Below are positions 49,274 to 59,601 of a stretch of 64,000 bases of DNA, piece by piece. The first letter of the stretch is position 1. Every line of letters begins with the position of its first letter. A program made the translations under genes and the position numbers. Source of the DNA: Maribacter sp. (GTDB taxonomy: Bacteria > Bacteroidota > Bacteroidia > Flavobacteriales > Flavobacteriaceae); NCBI GenBank assembly GCA_030636725.1, contig DAOVWJ010000001.1:10207-74206 (forward strand), written 5' to 3'. The notes below the pieces were generated by a model. That model was not told the DNA's origin. It searched no databases and saw only the letters and a list, made by a program, of their open reading frames with translations.

Positions 49274-50515
49274 ATGAAAAATAAACATCTCTATTATTTG
49301 ACCACTTTATTTCTGGCTTTAGTTTTTCTATGCTCGCCCATAAATGCCCAATTTAAAGATGATTCTGGAACAATTGAAGGCGTTTCCAAGGAGCGCCTTG
49401 CGCGATATGATGCTTTCCTCACAAAGGAAATAAAAGAAGGTCGTATTGCTGGTGTCGTTTCGTTGATTTCGAGGAATGGAAAAATTGTGCATAAGACTTC
49501 ACATGGTCTAAGTAGCCTCGCGGATAAAACACCTATGCCCCAAGACGGAATTTTCCATATTATGTCTATGACAAAACCCATTGTTACTGCTGCATTCATG
49601 ATGCTATACGAAGAGGGTCATTTTTTCCTTACCGATCCAGTTTCAAAATATTTGCCGCAATTCAAAGAAGTAAAAGTGGCCAAGGACGTAAACAATGGTA
49701 TAGATGGCCCAACAGAACCTGCCGATAAAGAAATCACCATTGCCCATTTACTTTCGCATACTGCTGGTTTTTCCCATGGCCTTGGAGGGACCAAATTAGA
49801 TAATGAAACAGCTAACGCATTGTACCGCCAACCGCAAGAAAATATAGAAAGTAGGGTAAATACTTTAGTAAGCCTACCGATGGTAGGCCATCCCGGTGAA
49901 CAATGGTCTTATAGTGCCTCCCCAGATGTCTTGGCACTACTGATTGAAAAATTCTCGGACAAAACAGTGGCAGAGTTTCTAAAGGAACGCATATTTGACC
50001 CCTTGGGAATGACAGACACAGGTTACAATATTTCAAAAAAAAACCAGGGAAGGTGGGTTGCGGTCCATAATTTGGACAAAGATGGAAAATTGATGAATTC
50101 AGAGCAACAATTACCTGTTGAAGGGAATACGGTATATGGTGGCACGCATGGCCTCTTCTCGACGGCAAAAGATTACATGAAATTCTGCCAGATGATAATC
50201 AATAAAGGCAGTGCAAACGGAAAACTGTTCTTGAGTCCGAAGACTGTGGAAATAATGACCATAAACCAAGTTGGGGACCTTTACCAAGCTCCAGGGCAAG
50301 GATTTGGATTGGGATTTGGGGTAATCACTGATTTGGCTGATGGCAAGAGTTTAGGGTCTATTGGCACATACTACTGGGGAGGGGCATATTCCACCTATTT
50401 TTTTATTGATCCCAAAGAAAATTTAATTGCCATTCTCATGACCCAATTGCAACCCTACAGTAATTACTATGGACAGATAATGAGGCAATATGTGTATCAG
50501 ACAATTGCTGAATAA
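49274..50515 (+). CDS. Serine hydrolase, beta-lactamase class C-like family
   Basis: SMTK (SxxK), LLSHTAG, WSYS, WGGAYST; signal peptide. Confidence 0.88.
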   Translation: MKNKHLYYLTTLFLALVFLCSPINAQFKDDSGTIEGVSKERLARYDAFLTKEIKEGRIAGVVSLISRNGKIVHKTSHGLSSLADKTPMPQDGIFHIMSMTKPIVTAAFMMLYEEGHFFLTDPVSKYLPQFKEVKVAKDVNNGIDGPTEPADKEITIAHLLSHTAGFSHGLGGTKLDNETANALYRQPQENIESRVNTLVSLPMVGHPGEQWSYSASPDVLALLIEKFSDKTVAEFLKERIFDPLGMTDTGYNISKKNQGRWVAVHNLDKDGKLMNSEQQLPVEGNTVYGGTHGLFSTAKDYMKFCQMIINKGSANGKLFLSPKTVEIMTINQVGDLYQAPGQGFGLGFGVITDLADGKSLGSIGTYYWGGAYSTYFFIDPKENLIAILMTQLQPYSNYYGQIMRQYVYQTIAE

Positions 50516-50560
50516 TTAATAAAAATCGCACCAAACTAAACCGACAAAACAACCTCTAGT

Positions 50561-51286
50561 ATGAATGTATATTTATTTGAATTTATAGGCACAGCCATGT
50601 TAATTCTTCTGGGTAATGGTGTTGTTGCCAATGTATTGCTCAAAAATACCTATGGTTTTAATGCAGGACTAATCGTAATCACTTTTGGGTGGGCCATTGG
50701 CGTATTCGTCGGCGTGTTTATTTCGGCTGATGCCAGTGGAGCCCATTTAAACCCTGCCGTTACATTGGGATTGGCCACAGCGGGTAAATTTAGCTGGCAA
50801 ATAGTACCCGGATATATTTTAGCCCAAGTACTTGGTGCCATGATGGGCAGTTTACTCGTTTGGTTGACTTATAAAAAGCATTATGATGCCACCGAAGATC
50901 CAGATGCGTTACGAAGTACATTTTGTACCGGCCCTGCTATTGACAAGCCACTATGGAATTTTATAACAGAATTAATTGGAACATTTGTCTTGGTTTTTGG
51001 TGTTTTTTATATAGCAGGAGGCACAATGGGAGATGAACCCATCTCACTCGGATCACTGGATGCCCTTCCTGTGGGATTGCTAGTTTTAGGTATTGGTCTT
51101 AGCCTTGGGGGAGCCACTGGTTATGCAATTAATCCAGCACGTGATTTCGGACCGCGAATAATGCACGCCCTATTACCCATTAAAGCAAAGGGAAATAGCA
51201 ATTGGAAATATGCATGGATTCCTGTATTGGGACCAATTACTGGAAGTATAATTGCGGCACTGACATATCTAGCTATAGGCATGTAG
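50561..51286 (+). CDS. MIP-family aquaglyceroporin (GlpF-like)
   Basis: SGAHLNPAVT and GYAINPARD. Confidence 0.92.
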   Translation: MNVYLFEFIGTAMLILLGNGVVANVLLKNTYGFNAGLIVITFGWAIGVFVGVFISADASGAHLNPAVTLGLATAGKFSWQIVPGYILAQVLGAMMGSLLVWLTYKKHYDATEDPDALRSTFCTGPAIDKPLWNFITELIGTFVLVFGVFYIAGGTMGDEPISLGSLDALPVGLLVLGIGLSLGGATGYAINPARDFGPRIMHALLPIKAKGNSNWKYAWIPVLGPITGSIIAALTYLAIGM

Positions 51287-51423
51287 ATCAATTAAAAATA
51301 GACACTAAAAAAAGAACATGGTTTTTTCACCTTCCTTCTAACTGCCATTAATATATCAATTGCACAGGAAATCGCTGAACATTTGGCAGAATAAAAGTAT
51401 CTTAGACCCTTAATTTTGCCTAT

Positions 51424-52068
51424 ATGAGATACCTAGTTGCCATTCTCCTTTTTATTGCTGTCACCGGAAGGTCTCAAGATCCAAATCGTTTTAAGGATGA
51501 AGTAAGAAACATCCAAAAAAAATACGATACCCTATGGGACTCTTCTAAAGAAACCATAGTTTTTACGGGTAGTTCGAGTGTTAGGATTTGGAAGGATCTT
51601 GAAAGCATCTCCCCTGGTCATCAAATAGTAAATTCAGGATTTGGTGGTTCCCAAGCTTCAGATTTGCTTGCCTTCTCTGAAGAATTAATACTGAGATTCA
51701 ACCCCAATAAGGTTTTCATTTATGAAGGGGACAATGATATTTCGGCTTCTAAAAAGCCAAAAGACATCATCCATACAATCGAAGAGATAATCAAAAAGAT
51801 CAGGGCTCAAAACAACACCGTTCAAATTGTACTCATCGCTGCCAAACCCAGTATTTCACGTTGGCATTTAAAACGCAACTATAAGCGCTTGAATCGTAAA
51901 TTCAAAAAACTTTCAAAAAAAGATAACCGTATCAAATTTGCAGATGTCTGGAAACCAATGCTACATAATAGGCATGTCATGCAAGATATTTTCATTGAGG
52001 ACGGTTTGCATATGAACGCTAAGGGGTACAACATTTGGCGTGCGACAATAAAGCCTTTTATTAATTAA
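51424..52068 (+). CDS. GDSL/SGNH lipase-like protein
   Basis: FTGSSS, GFGGS, YEGDND, DGLHMN. Confidence 0.85.
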   Translation: MRYLVAILLFIAVTGRSQDPNRFKDEVRNIQKKYDTLWDSSKETIVFTGSSSVRIWKDLESISPGHQIVNSGFGGSQASDLLAFSEELILRFNPNKVFIYEGDNDISASKKPKDIIHTIEEIIKKIRAQNNTVQIVLIAAKPSISRWHLKRNYKRLNRKFKKLSKKDNRIKFADVWKPMLHNRHVMQDIFIEDGLHMNAKGYNIWRATIKPFIN

Positions 52069-52089
52069 ACAAGAAAAATAAATATCACT

Positions 52090-53706
52090 ATGGTCAAATC
52101 TTTCGCCACAAGATTTCTTACGATACTTTTTACATCGGCAATGATTATTGCCTGCCAACAGGAGAAAAAGAAAAGAATAAATTTTCCACCTACAGATTTG
52201 GCTCAGAACAATTTGATTCCCAAGCCCCTTAAGGTAATTCCTACCAACAAAGCTTTCGGTTTGGATCGGTATACGGCAATCCATACTTCACAAAATGCCA
52301 ATGGCTTTTTTGAAGTTGGAGCTTTTTTAGCGGATAAACTAAAGACCAAATTGAATCTGGATATTCCTGTGAATGGGAATGGAACTGAGCCCGTTGAACG
52401 GATTATATACATTAACCAATCGGATAGTCTTGAATTGAATGCGCCGGAAGCCTATCAACTTTATATAACCCAGGATTCCATCATTCTAAATGCAAATACG
52501 GCCGAAGGAGCATTTAGAGGTATCCAGACATTAAGACAAGTAATCCCTGAAGAAAGTAATGATACCCTTGCTGAACAGCGCATATGGCCCGTTCCAACAG
52601 GTAAAATCGTTGACAACCCTACTTTTGGCTTCCGTGGGTCCATGCTCGATGTTGCTCGGCATTTCTTTAGTGTTTCGGACGTTAAAAAGTACATAGACCT
52701 TCTGTCCTATTACAAAATAAACGTTTTGCATTTGCATTTATCGGACGATCAAGGATGGCGCATTGAAATAAAATCCTGGCCAAAATTGACTGAAATAGGA
52801 GGAAGTACCCAGGTGGGCGGTGAAGCTGGCGGATTCTTTACCCAAGAAGATTATAAGGAGATTGTGGCATACGCTGCAAAACACTATATGACCATTATCC
52901 CAGAAATAGATATGCCGGGGCATACCAATGCGGCATCGGTATCCTATCCGTTTTTAAATGGCAATGGAAAAACCCCAAAGCTATATGAAGGAACCCATGT
53001 TGGCTTCAGTACTTTTAATACTAGAAAAGATACCGTATATGCCTTTATCGATGATGTGGTTCGTGAAATATCTGAACTAACCCCGGGACCCTACTTTCAT
53101 ATTGGTGGTGACGAAAGTCACGTCACCAAGAAAAAAGATTATATTTATTTTGTCGAGAAAGTGGAGAAGATTGTTCAGAAATACGGGAAGCGGATGATAG
53201 GCTGGGACGAAGTTGCTTCGGCCAATGTAGATTCAACCTCAATATCACAATATTGGTCCAGCGGAAAAAATGCTCAAAAAGCCGTGAAAAGAGGTATGAA
53301 AGTAATACTATCGCCTGCTAAAAGGGCATACTTGGATATGCAATATGATACGCTTTCCAAACTTGGACTTCATTGGGCAGCCTATATTCCCGTTGATTCA
53401 GCTTATGTCTGGACCCCTGAAGAATACGAAGGTATTCCTATGGAAAATATTCTTGGGATAGAAGCACCACTATGGTCAGAAACCATTGGCAATATTGATG
53501 AATTGGAGTATTTGGCCTTTCCCCGTGTAATTGGGTATTCTGAATTGAGTTGGACAACCAAGGAGAATCGAGATTGGGAAAATTATAAAGTTCGATTGGC
53601 CAATCAAGCTCCGTATTTGGACCGTATGGATGTTAAGTATTATACCTCGCCTTTAATTGATTGGAAGAAGAGCAAATATACCTATGAGGAAATCAAAAAA
53701 GATTAA
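52090..53706 (+). CDS. GH20 beta-N-acetylhexosaminidase lipoprotein
   Basis: RGSMLDVARHF, HLSDDQGWR, EIDMPGH, HIGGDE. Confidence 0.93.
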   Translation: MVKSFATRFLTILFTSAMIIACQQEKKKRINFPPTDLAQNNLIPKPLKVIPTNKAFGLDRYTAIHTSQNANGFFEVGAFLADKLKTKLNLDIPVNGNGTEPVERIIYINQSDSLELNAPEAYQLYITQDSIILNANTAEGAFRGIQTLRQVIPEESNDTLAEQRIWPVPTGKIVDNPTFGFRGSMLDVARHFFSVSDVKKYIDLLSYYKINVLHLHLSDDQGWRIEIKSWPKLTEIGGSTQVGGEAGGFFTQEDYKEIVAYAAKHYMTIIPEIDMPGHTNAASVSYPFLNGNGKTPKLYEGTHVGFSTFNTRKDTVYAFIDDVVREISELTPGPYFHIGGDESHVTKKKDYIYFVEKVEKIVQKYGKRMIGWDEVASANVDSTSISQYWSSGKNAQKAVKRGMKVILSPAKRAYLDMQYDTLSKLGLHWAAYIPVDSAYVWTPEEYEGIPMENILGIEAPLWSETIGNIDELEYLAFPRVIGYSELSWTTKENRDWENYKVRLANQAPYLDRMDVKYYTSPLIDWKKSKYTYEEIKKD

Positions 53707-53759
53707 ATAACCACACCCTTCGAGTTAGAACATCATGAAGGGTAATAAATATCTTGAAA

Positions 53760-55265
53760 ATGAAAAAAACTATGGTACTGGTTTTCTTGCTTGGGGTATT
53801 TTCTTTTGCACAAACGCCAAAAGACACCCTACCCAAAGCTGAAGTTTCGACCACCATGCAAAGTGTGAATATCAATGGGAGAACCATATATCTCACAGCC
53901 CAAGCAGGTACATTTGAAATTCGTGATGAGAACAATAAACCCATTGCTCTCATAGGACATACGTATTATTCAAGGGGCAGTGAAAGAAGAGGGACAAGCA
54001 CCCAAAAAAGACCCATTGTATTTGCCTATAATGGTGGCCCGGGTTCTTCTTCATTTTGGCTACATATGGGGGTTTTGGGACCTAAACGGATTGTAGTGAA
54101 CGACCCGATTTCAACCCCTGCTGCACCCTATAAAATCACAAATAACAACTATTCTATTTTAGATGTCGCCGACTTGGTGATGATAGACCCTGTGGGCACA
54201 GGGCTCAGTATTCCCGTGGGAAAGGCAAAATTTAAGGATTTTTGGGGAGTGGATCAGGATATTCGAAGTCTGTCCCTATTCATTACCCAATTTCTGATTG
54301 AACATAATAGGATGAATAGCCCTAAATATCTGTTGGGGGAAAGTTATGGGACCTTTAGGAATGCGGGAGTAATGAACACGCTTTTGAATCAGGGAATAGC
54401 TATGAACGGGGTAATTATGGTGTCTGCCGTTTTCGACCTTAGGACACTGCTATTCCCTCCAAATGATGATTTACCCTATATTGTTCATTTTCCAACCTAT
54501 GCCGCTACTGCCTGGTATCATAATCTGATTGAGAACAAACCCGATGATGTTTATACGTTCTTGGATGAAATCAGAAGTTTTACTGAGAATGAGTATACTC
54601 CTGCCCTCTTCAAGGGAGACCAATTATTGGATGCGGACAAAACTGAAATTGCTTCAAAATTGGCCGCTTATACCGGAACAAGTACTGAATACTGGTTAAA
54701 AGCCAATTTACGAATCACGGCAAGTGAATTTTTTGCAGAATTCCTACGGGACAAAGGTGAAATTGTTGGGCGTTTAGATTCTAGGTTTACCGGGATAAAC
54801 CAGGATTTGTTGGCTCAAGATGGGAGTCATGACCCACAAAGTTCGGCCATTTCCCCCGCCTATATTTCGGGCTTCCTGGATTATTTACATAGAAACCTAA
54901 AAGTCAGTAAAAAACTTACCTATTCTATTACAGCAGGTCGTCGAAAAGGTTTTAAATGGGACTGGTCGCACGAAGGCAATAAAAGATGGGGCACCCAAGC
55001 AGCCATAAATACAGGAATAGATATGGCTCAGGCGATGTCACGAGACCCTAATATGAAAGTGCTGATCCTTAATGGAATTTATGATATTGCCACTGTATTT
55101 TACGGTGTGGAGCATAGTATAAACCATCTCGGATTAACAAAGGAAATAAAAGATAATATTATCATGAAATATTATGAGGCTGGTCATATGATGTACACCC
55201 ACCAGCCCTCTCTGGTAAAATTCAAAAAAGATGTGGCCAACTTTATCAGGTCAACATCAAAATAA
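53760..55265 (+). CDS. S10-family serine carboxypeptidase
   Basis: NGGPGSSS, IDPVGTG, GESYG, AGHMMY. Confidence 0.9.
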   Translation: MKKTMVLVFLLGVFSFAQTPKDTLPKAEVSTTMQSVNINGRTIYLTAQAGTFEIRDENNKPIALIGHTYYSRGSERRGTSTQKRPIVFAYNGGPGSSSFWLHMGVLGPKRIVVNDPISTPAAPYKITNNNYSILDVADLVMIDPVGTGLSIPVGKAKFKDFWGVDQDIRSLSLFITQFLIEHNRMNSPKYLLGESYGTFRNAGVMNTLLNQGIAMNGVIMVSAVFDLRTLLFPPNDDLPYIVHFPTYAATAWYHNLIENKPDDVYTFLDEIRSFTENEYTPALFKGDQLLDADKTEIASKLAAYTGTSTEYWLKANLRITASEFFAEFLRDKGEIVGRLDSRFTGINQDLLAQDGSHDPQSSAISPAYISGFLDYLHRNLKVSKKLTYSITAGRRKGFKWDWSHEGNKRWGTQAAINTGIDMAQAMSRDPNMKVLILNGIYDIATVFYGVEHSINHLGLTKEIKDNIIMKYYEAGHMMYTHQPSLVKFKKDVANFIRSTSK

Positions 55266-55385
55266 AGAATTTCTTGATTCCGAAGGCTTTCGGGACTATT
55301 ATTTAGATTCCCATTTTAATAGGAATGACAATATTAGGAAACCAGCAGCAGGCAGCGAGGAATTCTTTTGGATAAATTTGACTAT

Positions 55386-55416
55386 AAAAAAACACCTCAA
55401 CGATAATTGAGGTGTT
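55386..55416 (-). terminator. Intrinsic terminator for the ruvX-def-DUF5606 run (between convergent genes)
   Basis: 10-bp stem aacacctcaa / ttgaggtgtt with a 6-nt loop; the A-run gives a U-tract on the minus strand. Confidence 0.75.
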
Positions 55417-55438
55417 CTAGTTTTATTTAATCAGTGGT

Positions 55439-55858
55439 CTATTCCTCTTCCTGAGCATCCTCAGAATCACTTCGAAATTGAGTAACCCCTTGGTCGTGAA
55501 GAATATTGTACCATTGTATCACCTTTTTAATATCACTTGCATACACCCGATCTTCATCATAATCGGGAAGAATCTCGAAGAAATATTCCTCCAATTTTAA
55601 TTTATCGTCCTTATGGCCTACCGAGGTTTTACCGCCTTTTTCCTTCAACTGAATTTTCTCGAACACCACGCCCAAAGGAATTTCTTCCTCTAAGGTATAG
55701 ATGGCTATTTCGGACAGAACACTCACATTACTTTTTGCATTGACCGTAATTCTTTTTTTATCCAATAATGATTCTGCCACAAAACCTGAGCGCGTTTGTG
55801 TCAATAATTGAAATAGACCTGGTTTGCCTCCAATCGACAAAATTTTCTCTAAACTCAT
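55439..55858 (-). CDS. DUF5606-family protein
   Basis: ILSIGGKPGLF..PDYDEDRVYASDIKKVIQWYNIL; located downstream of def. Confidence 0.8.
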   Translation of the reverse strand: MSLEKILSIGGKPGLFQLLTQTRSGFVAESLLDKKRITVNAKSNVSVLSEIAIYTLEEEIPLGVVFEKIQLKEKGGKTSVGHKDDKLKLEEYFFEILPDYDEDRVYASDIKKVIQWYNILHDQGVTQFRSDSEDAQEEE

Positions 55859-55913
55859 TCCTTAAAATTTTCAGGCACAAAGATGAAACATTTACAGAAA
55901 TAAATAGGGCAAT

Positions 55914-56504
55914 TTATCTTGCTTTTTTCATGTTGGGAAATCTCATGCGATATTCGATCTTTATATTCCCTTTTGAAATATCGCCCAATCTTCCTTTTAA
56001 TAATCTCTTTTTCAATGAAGATAATTTATCCGTAAACAAAACACCTTCAATATGATCATACTCGTGCTGTATTATACGAGCTAATATTCCATCATAAGTT
56101 TCCGTATATTCTTTGAAATTCTCATCCACATATGAAATGGTGATAGTATCTTTTCGAATCACATCTTCCCGTATATCAGGTATACTGAGACATCCCTCAT
56201 TAAAAACCCAATCCTTACCCACTTCTTCTTTGATCTGGGCATTAATGAATACTTTTTTGAACCCTTCCAAAGCGGATTGCTCTTTTTCAGAGAGTTCATC
56301 ATCCTCCGAAAATGGTGAAGCATCCGCAATAAAAAGCCGAATAGGCAACCCTATTTGAGGGGCCGCCAACCCTACCCCACTAGCATTGTACATGCTTTCG
56401 AACATATTGGCAATAAGTTCGTCCAATTTAGGGTAATCCTTCTCAATATTCTTGCCTACTTTGCGTAAGACAGGGTCGCCATAGGCAACTATTGGTAAAA
56501 CCAT
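55914..56504 (-). CDS. def: Peptide deformylase
   Basis: GVGLAAPQIG, EGCLS, QHEYDH. Confidence 0.97.
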   Translation of the reverse strand: MVLPIVAYGDPVLRKVGKNIEKDYPKLDELIANMFESMYNASGVGLAAPQIGLPIRLFIADASPFSEDDELSEKEQSALEGFKKVFINAQIKEEVGKDWVFNEGCLSIPDIREDVIRKDTITISYVDENFKEYTETYDGILARIIQHEYDHIEGVLFTDKLSSLKKRLLKGRLGDISKGNIKIEYRMRFPNMKKAR

Positions 56505-56915
56505 TTATTTTCTATTTAAATAAGCCTGTAAAATCAGGGTTGCGCTAATTTCGTCTATCAACGCTTTATTCCTACGTTGTTTTTTTTTAATCCCTCCATC
56601 TATCATCGATTGAAATGCCATCTTGGAAGTAAAGCGTTCATCTTGTCTTTCAATAGGAATTTGAGTGAACGTTTTGGCCAAATGCTTTAGGAACGGCCGA
56701 ATCAGTTCTTCCGATTGAGAAGGTGTGTAATCCATTTGCTTAGGTTCCCCAACAACAAATTTCTCTACATTTTCCTCTGAAACATATTTTTTTAAAAACT
56801 CAATTAGATCCGTAGTCTTAACAGTTGTAAGTCCGGAAGCTATTATTTGCAATTCATCGGTAACGGCGATTCCCGTACGTACCTTTCCATAATCCAATGC
56901 AATGACTCTCCCCAA
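56505..56915 (-). CDS. ruvX: Holliday junction resolvase-like/pre-16S rRNA nuclease RuvX (YqgF)
   Basis: ALDYGKVRTGIA, VVGEP, DERFTS. TTG start at 56915; -7 box at 56934-56941. Confidence 0.92.
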   Translation of the reverse strand: MGRVIALDYGKVRTGIAVTDELQIIASGLTTVKTTDLIEFLKKYVSEENVEKFVVGEPKQMDYTPSQSEELIRPFLKHLAKTFTQIPIERQDERFTSKMAFQSMIDGGIKKKQRRNKALIDEISATLILQAYLNRK

Positions 56916-56995
56916 TTCGGTTATTTTTTTTTGCAAAAATAAAAGATAAATTGTTATAACTATAAATTAGGGTGACGATTTAGGCCTATAGCCCT

Positions 56996-57003
56996 TATAT
57001 TTG
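56996..57003 (+). promoter_or_regulatory. Bacteroidota -7 promoter box (TATATTTG) for dapD
   Basis: TAnnTTTG 20 nt upstream of the dapD start. Confidence 0.55.
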
Positions 57004-57023
57004 TCAAAATTTTAAGATTAGAA

Positions 57024-57839
57024 ATGACCGAATTAAGACAAATCATTGAAAAAGCCTGGGACAATAGAGAACTTTTAAAGGAATCATCAACCCAAGATGC
57101 CATTCGTGAAGTAATCGACTTGTTGGATGCTGGTAAACTACGCTGTGCAGAACCAACAGAAACTGGTTGGCAAATAAATGAATGGGTTAAAAAGGGAGTT
57201 GTCCTTTACTTTCCCATTCAAAAAATGGAGACTCTTGAAGCGGGAATTTTTGAGTATCATGATAAAATCCCATTGAAAAGGGGATATCAAGAAAAAGGCA
57301 TTCGTGTAGTGCCTCACGCCGTTGCGAGACATGGTGCCTATATTTCTGCGGGAACTATTCTCATGCCCAGCTATGTCAATATTGGGGCATATGTAGATGA
57401 AGGTACCATGGTAGATACTTGGGCAACGGTAGGCAGTTGTGCACAGATTGGCAAGAATGTGCATTTGAGTGGGGGCGTTGGCATTGGTGGTGTTTTGGAA
57501 CCATTACAGGCAGCACCCGTCATTATTGAGGACAATGCTTTCATTGGGTCTAGATGTATAGTGGTTGAAGGTGTCCGTGTTGAAAAAGAAGCAGTATTGG
57601 GTGCCAACGTGGTACTTACGGCCTCGACCAAAATAATCGATGTAACGGGCGAAACACCTATCGAACGAAAAGGTTTGGTCCCAGCAAGATCAGTGGTTAT
57701 ACCTGGTAGTTATACAAAGTCTTTTCCTTCCGGCGACTATCAAGTGCCCTGTGCATTGATCATTGGAACCCGAAAAGAAAGTACTAACAAAAAAACGTCC
57801 TTGAACGACGCTTTACGGGAACATGATGTTGCCGTATAA
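57024..57839 (+). CDS. dapD: 2,3,4,5-tetrahydropyridine-2,6-dicarboxylate N-succinyltransferase
   Basis: MVDTWATVGSCAQIGKNVHLSGGVGIGGVLEPLQA. Confidence 0.96.
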   Translation: MTELRQIIEKAWDNRELLKESSTQDAIREVIDLLDAGKLRCAEPTETGWQINEWVKKGVVLYFPIQKMETLEAGIFEYHDKIPLKRGYQEKGIRVVPHAVARHGAYISAGTILMPSYVNIGAYVDEGTMVDTWATVGSCAQIGKNVHLSGGVGIGGVLEPLQAAPVIIEDNAFIGSRCIVVEGVRVEKEAVLGANVVLTASTKIIDVTGETPIERKGLVPARSVVIPGSYTKSFPSGDYQVPCALIIGTRKESTNKKTSLNDALREHDVAV

Positions 57840-57886
57840 AAACTTCAGTTCAATAGAATAGTACATACTTCCAAAATATTTTTGAC

Positions 57887-57907
57887 AACCCTACCTAAGG
57901 TAGGGTT
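57887..57907 (+). terminator. Hairpin after dapD, possible terminator
   Basis: aaccctacc-taa-ggtagggtt; weak U-tract. Confidence 0.45.
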
Positions 57908-58100
57908 TAGTGCATTTCAATTGTTCCATATTTGAAGATCGGCCGGTAGCGAAATTATTTTTATTTTTTTAGATTTTTCTGCATGGCAACTAGGTTTAGA
58001 AGAAAATATGTAAGAATTTTACTCAAAAAAAATACTTTTTTGATTTTTTTTCTGTTACTAACAAATAAGATTGGTTTAATGTGTCAATCAATTCTGGTAT

Positions 58101-58898
58101 ATGCCTCAAGGAAAAGAAAAAATATCCGCTCTAATAATCACCTATAATGAAATGGGTTACATTGAAAAATGTATTGAGTCTGTATCCTTTGCAGATGAAA
58201 TTATTGTGGTTGATTCGTACAGTACCGATGGCACTTATGAGTATCTTTTAAACCATCCGAGAATCAAGGTTATTCAAAATCCGTTCAAGAACTACACAGC
58301 ACAAAAATCTTTTACCTTAAACCAAGCTTCACACGATTGGGTTATTTTCTTGGATGCCGATGAAGTGGTGCCTGATGAACTCCAGCATGAAATTGTACAT
58401 ACAATTAATGGCGAAAAGAAGCACGTGGCATATTGGTTTTCTAGAAAATTCATGTTCCAGAAAGAGCGCTTGCGTTTTAGCGGGTGGCAGACCGACAAGA
58501 ATTATAGGTTATTTAGAAAGAGTAAAGTGAATTTTTCCAATAAAAGAATTGTACATGAGACTTTGGATGTTGATGGTACCTCAGGAGTTCTAAGAAATAA
58601 ACTCATTCATTTTTGCTACAAGGACTACGAAAGCTATAGAAGTAAAATGCTATGTTACGGTCGATTAAAAGCCAAGGAAGCCTTCGACAAAAATAAAAGG
58701 TTCAGTTACGCTTTACTCATCCTAAAGCCTATGTGGAAATTTTTCAATAGCTATGTCATACGATTGGGATTCCTTGATGGTATAAAAGGCATAACGATTT
58801 GTCATCTTGATGCGCTATGTGATGTAGAACGCTACCACGAACTTCAAAGACTTGAAAGGGAAGAACAATGGTCAACAGTCTTCAAGACCATGCCCTGA
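58101..58898 (+). CDS. GT2 glycosyltransferase, WaaE/KdtX-like (LPS/LOS core)
   Basis: IITYNE, DEIIVVDSYSTD, FLDADE, VHE, LGFLDG. Confidence 0.88.
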   Translation: MPQGKEKISALIITYNEMGYIEKCIESVSFADEIIVVDSYSTDGTYEYLLNHPRIKVIQNPFKNYTAQKSFTLNQASHDWVIFLDADEVVPDELQHEIVHTINGEKKHVAYWFSRKFMFQKERLRFSGWQTDKNYRLFRKSKVNFSNKRIVHETLDVDGTSGVLRNKLIHFCYKDYESYRSKMLCYGRLKAKEAFDKNKRFSYALLILKPMWKFFNSYVIRLGFLDGIKGITICHLDALCDVERYHELQRLEREEQWSTVFKTMP

Positions 58899-59011
58899 TA
58901 TCAAGTTTATTTATTTTCCTTCCCGTTCCCTTTTATTTTTTTGTACCCTTTAAAATGGTAGGTTTGTATTCATTGCAGGTTCAAATGAATTAATCCCAAG
59001 CACTCTCTAAA

Positions 59012-59596
59012 ATGGCTTATGATATTACCCTTGAAGGGAAAAACTTAGTAGAAGCGGAAAAATTATTGTCAGATGTAATTACTGTATTCGAATCCTGTCA
59101 TATAACATATTGGTTAGAGGGAGGTACGCTTTTAGGCTTGCGTCGAGAAGGAAGGTTATTACCTTGGGACGATGATTTGGACATTTCTATTCACGAAAGC
59201 GAAAAAAGTAAATTGAAACGACTCGAGCAAAATTTGAGAAAAAAGGGTTTTCGCTTTCGAATTCGCAAATTTCAAAGGGATTCAGACCATTTTAAAAAAG
59301 GTGATCTAAGAATGATAAAAATACGAAACAAACATTTTTTTGGCCTGATTAAAGGAAAAGTCTGTCTTGATATTTTCATTAAATACACCAAGAATGGCAA
59401 AACGTACTGGGAGATAGCCAATAAGGTCAAAAATGTACCTTCAAAGTATTATTCAAGCTTTAGTTCCTTAGATTTTAATGGCAAATCCTATTCCATCCCA
59501 AAATTAACTGATGAATATCTCACGTATCGCTATGGGGATTGGCAAACCCCTGTAAAGGATTGGGATACTTCCAAAGATGACAAAGCTTTGATTTAA
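59012..59596 (+). CDS. LicD-family phosphotransferase
   Basis: YWLEGGTLLGLRR..PWDDDLDI; YLTYRYGDWQTP. Confidence 0.88.
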   Translation: MAYDITLEGKNLVEAEKLLSDVITVFESCHITYWLEGGTLLGLRREGRLLPWDDDLDISIHESEKSKLKRLEQNLRKKGFRFRIRKFQRDSDHFKKGDLRMIKIRNKHFFGLIKGKVCLDIFIKYTKNGKTYWEIANKVKNVPSKYYSSFSSLDFNGKSYSIPKLTDEYLTYRYGDWQTPVKDWDTSKDDKALI

Positions 59597-59601
59597 ACCT
59601 T

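Noticed and set aside
49274-50515. Serine hydrolase as a true beta-lactam resistance gene
   Set aside because: SxxK-family esterases and peptidases are common in this lineage, and nothing here indicates a characterised AmpC.
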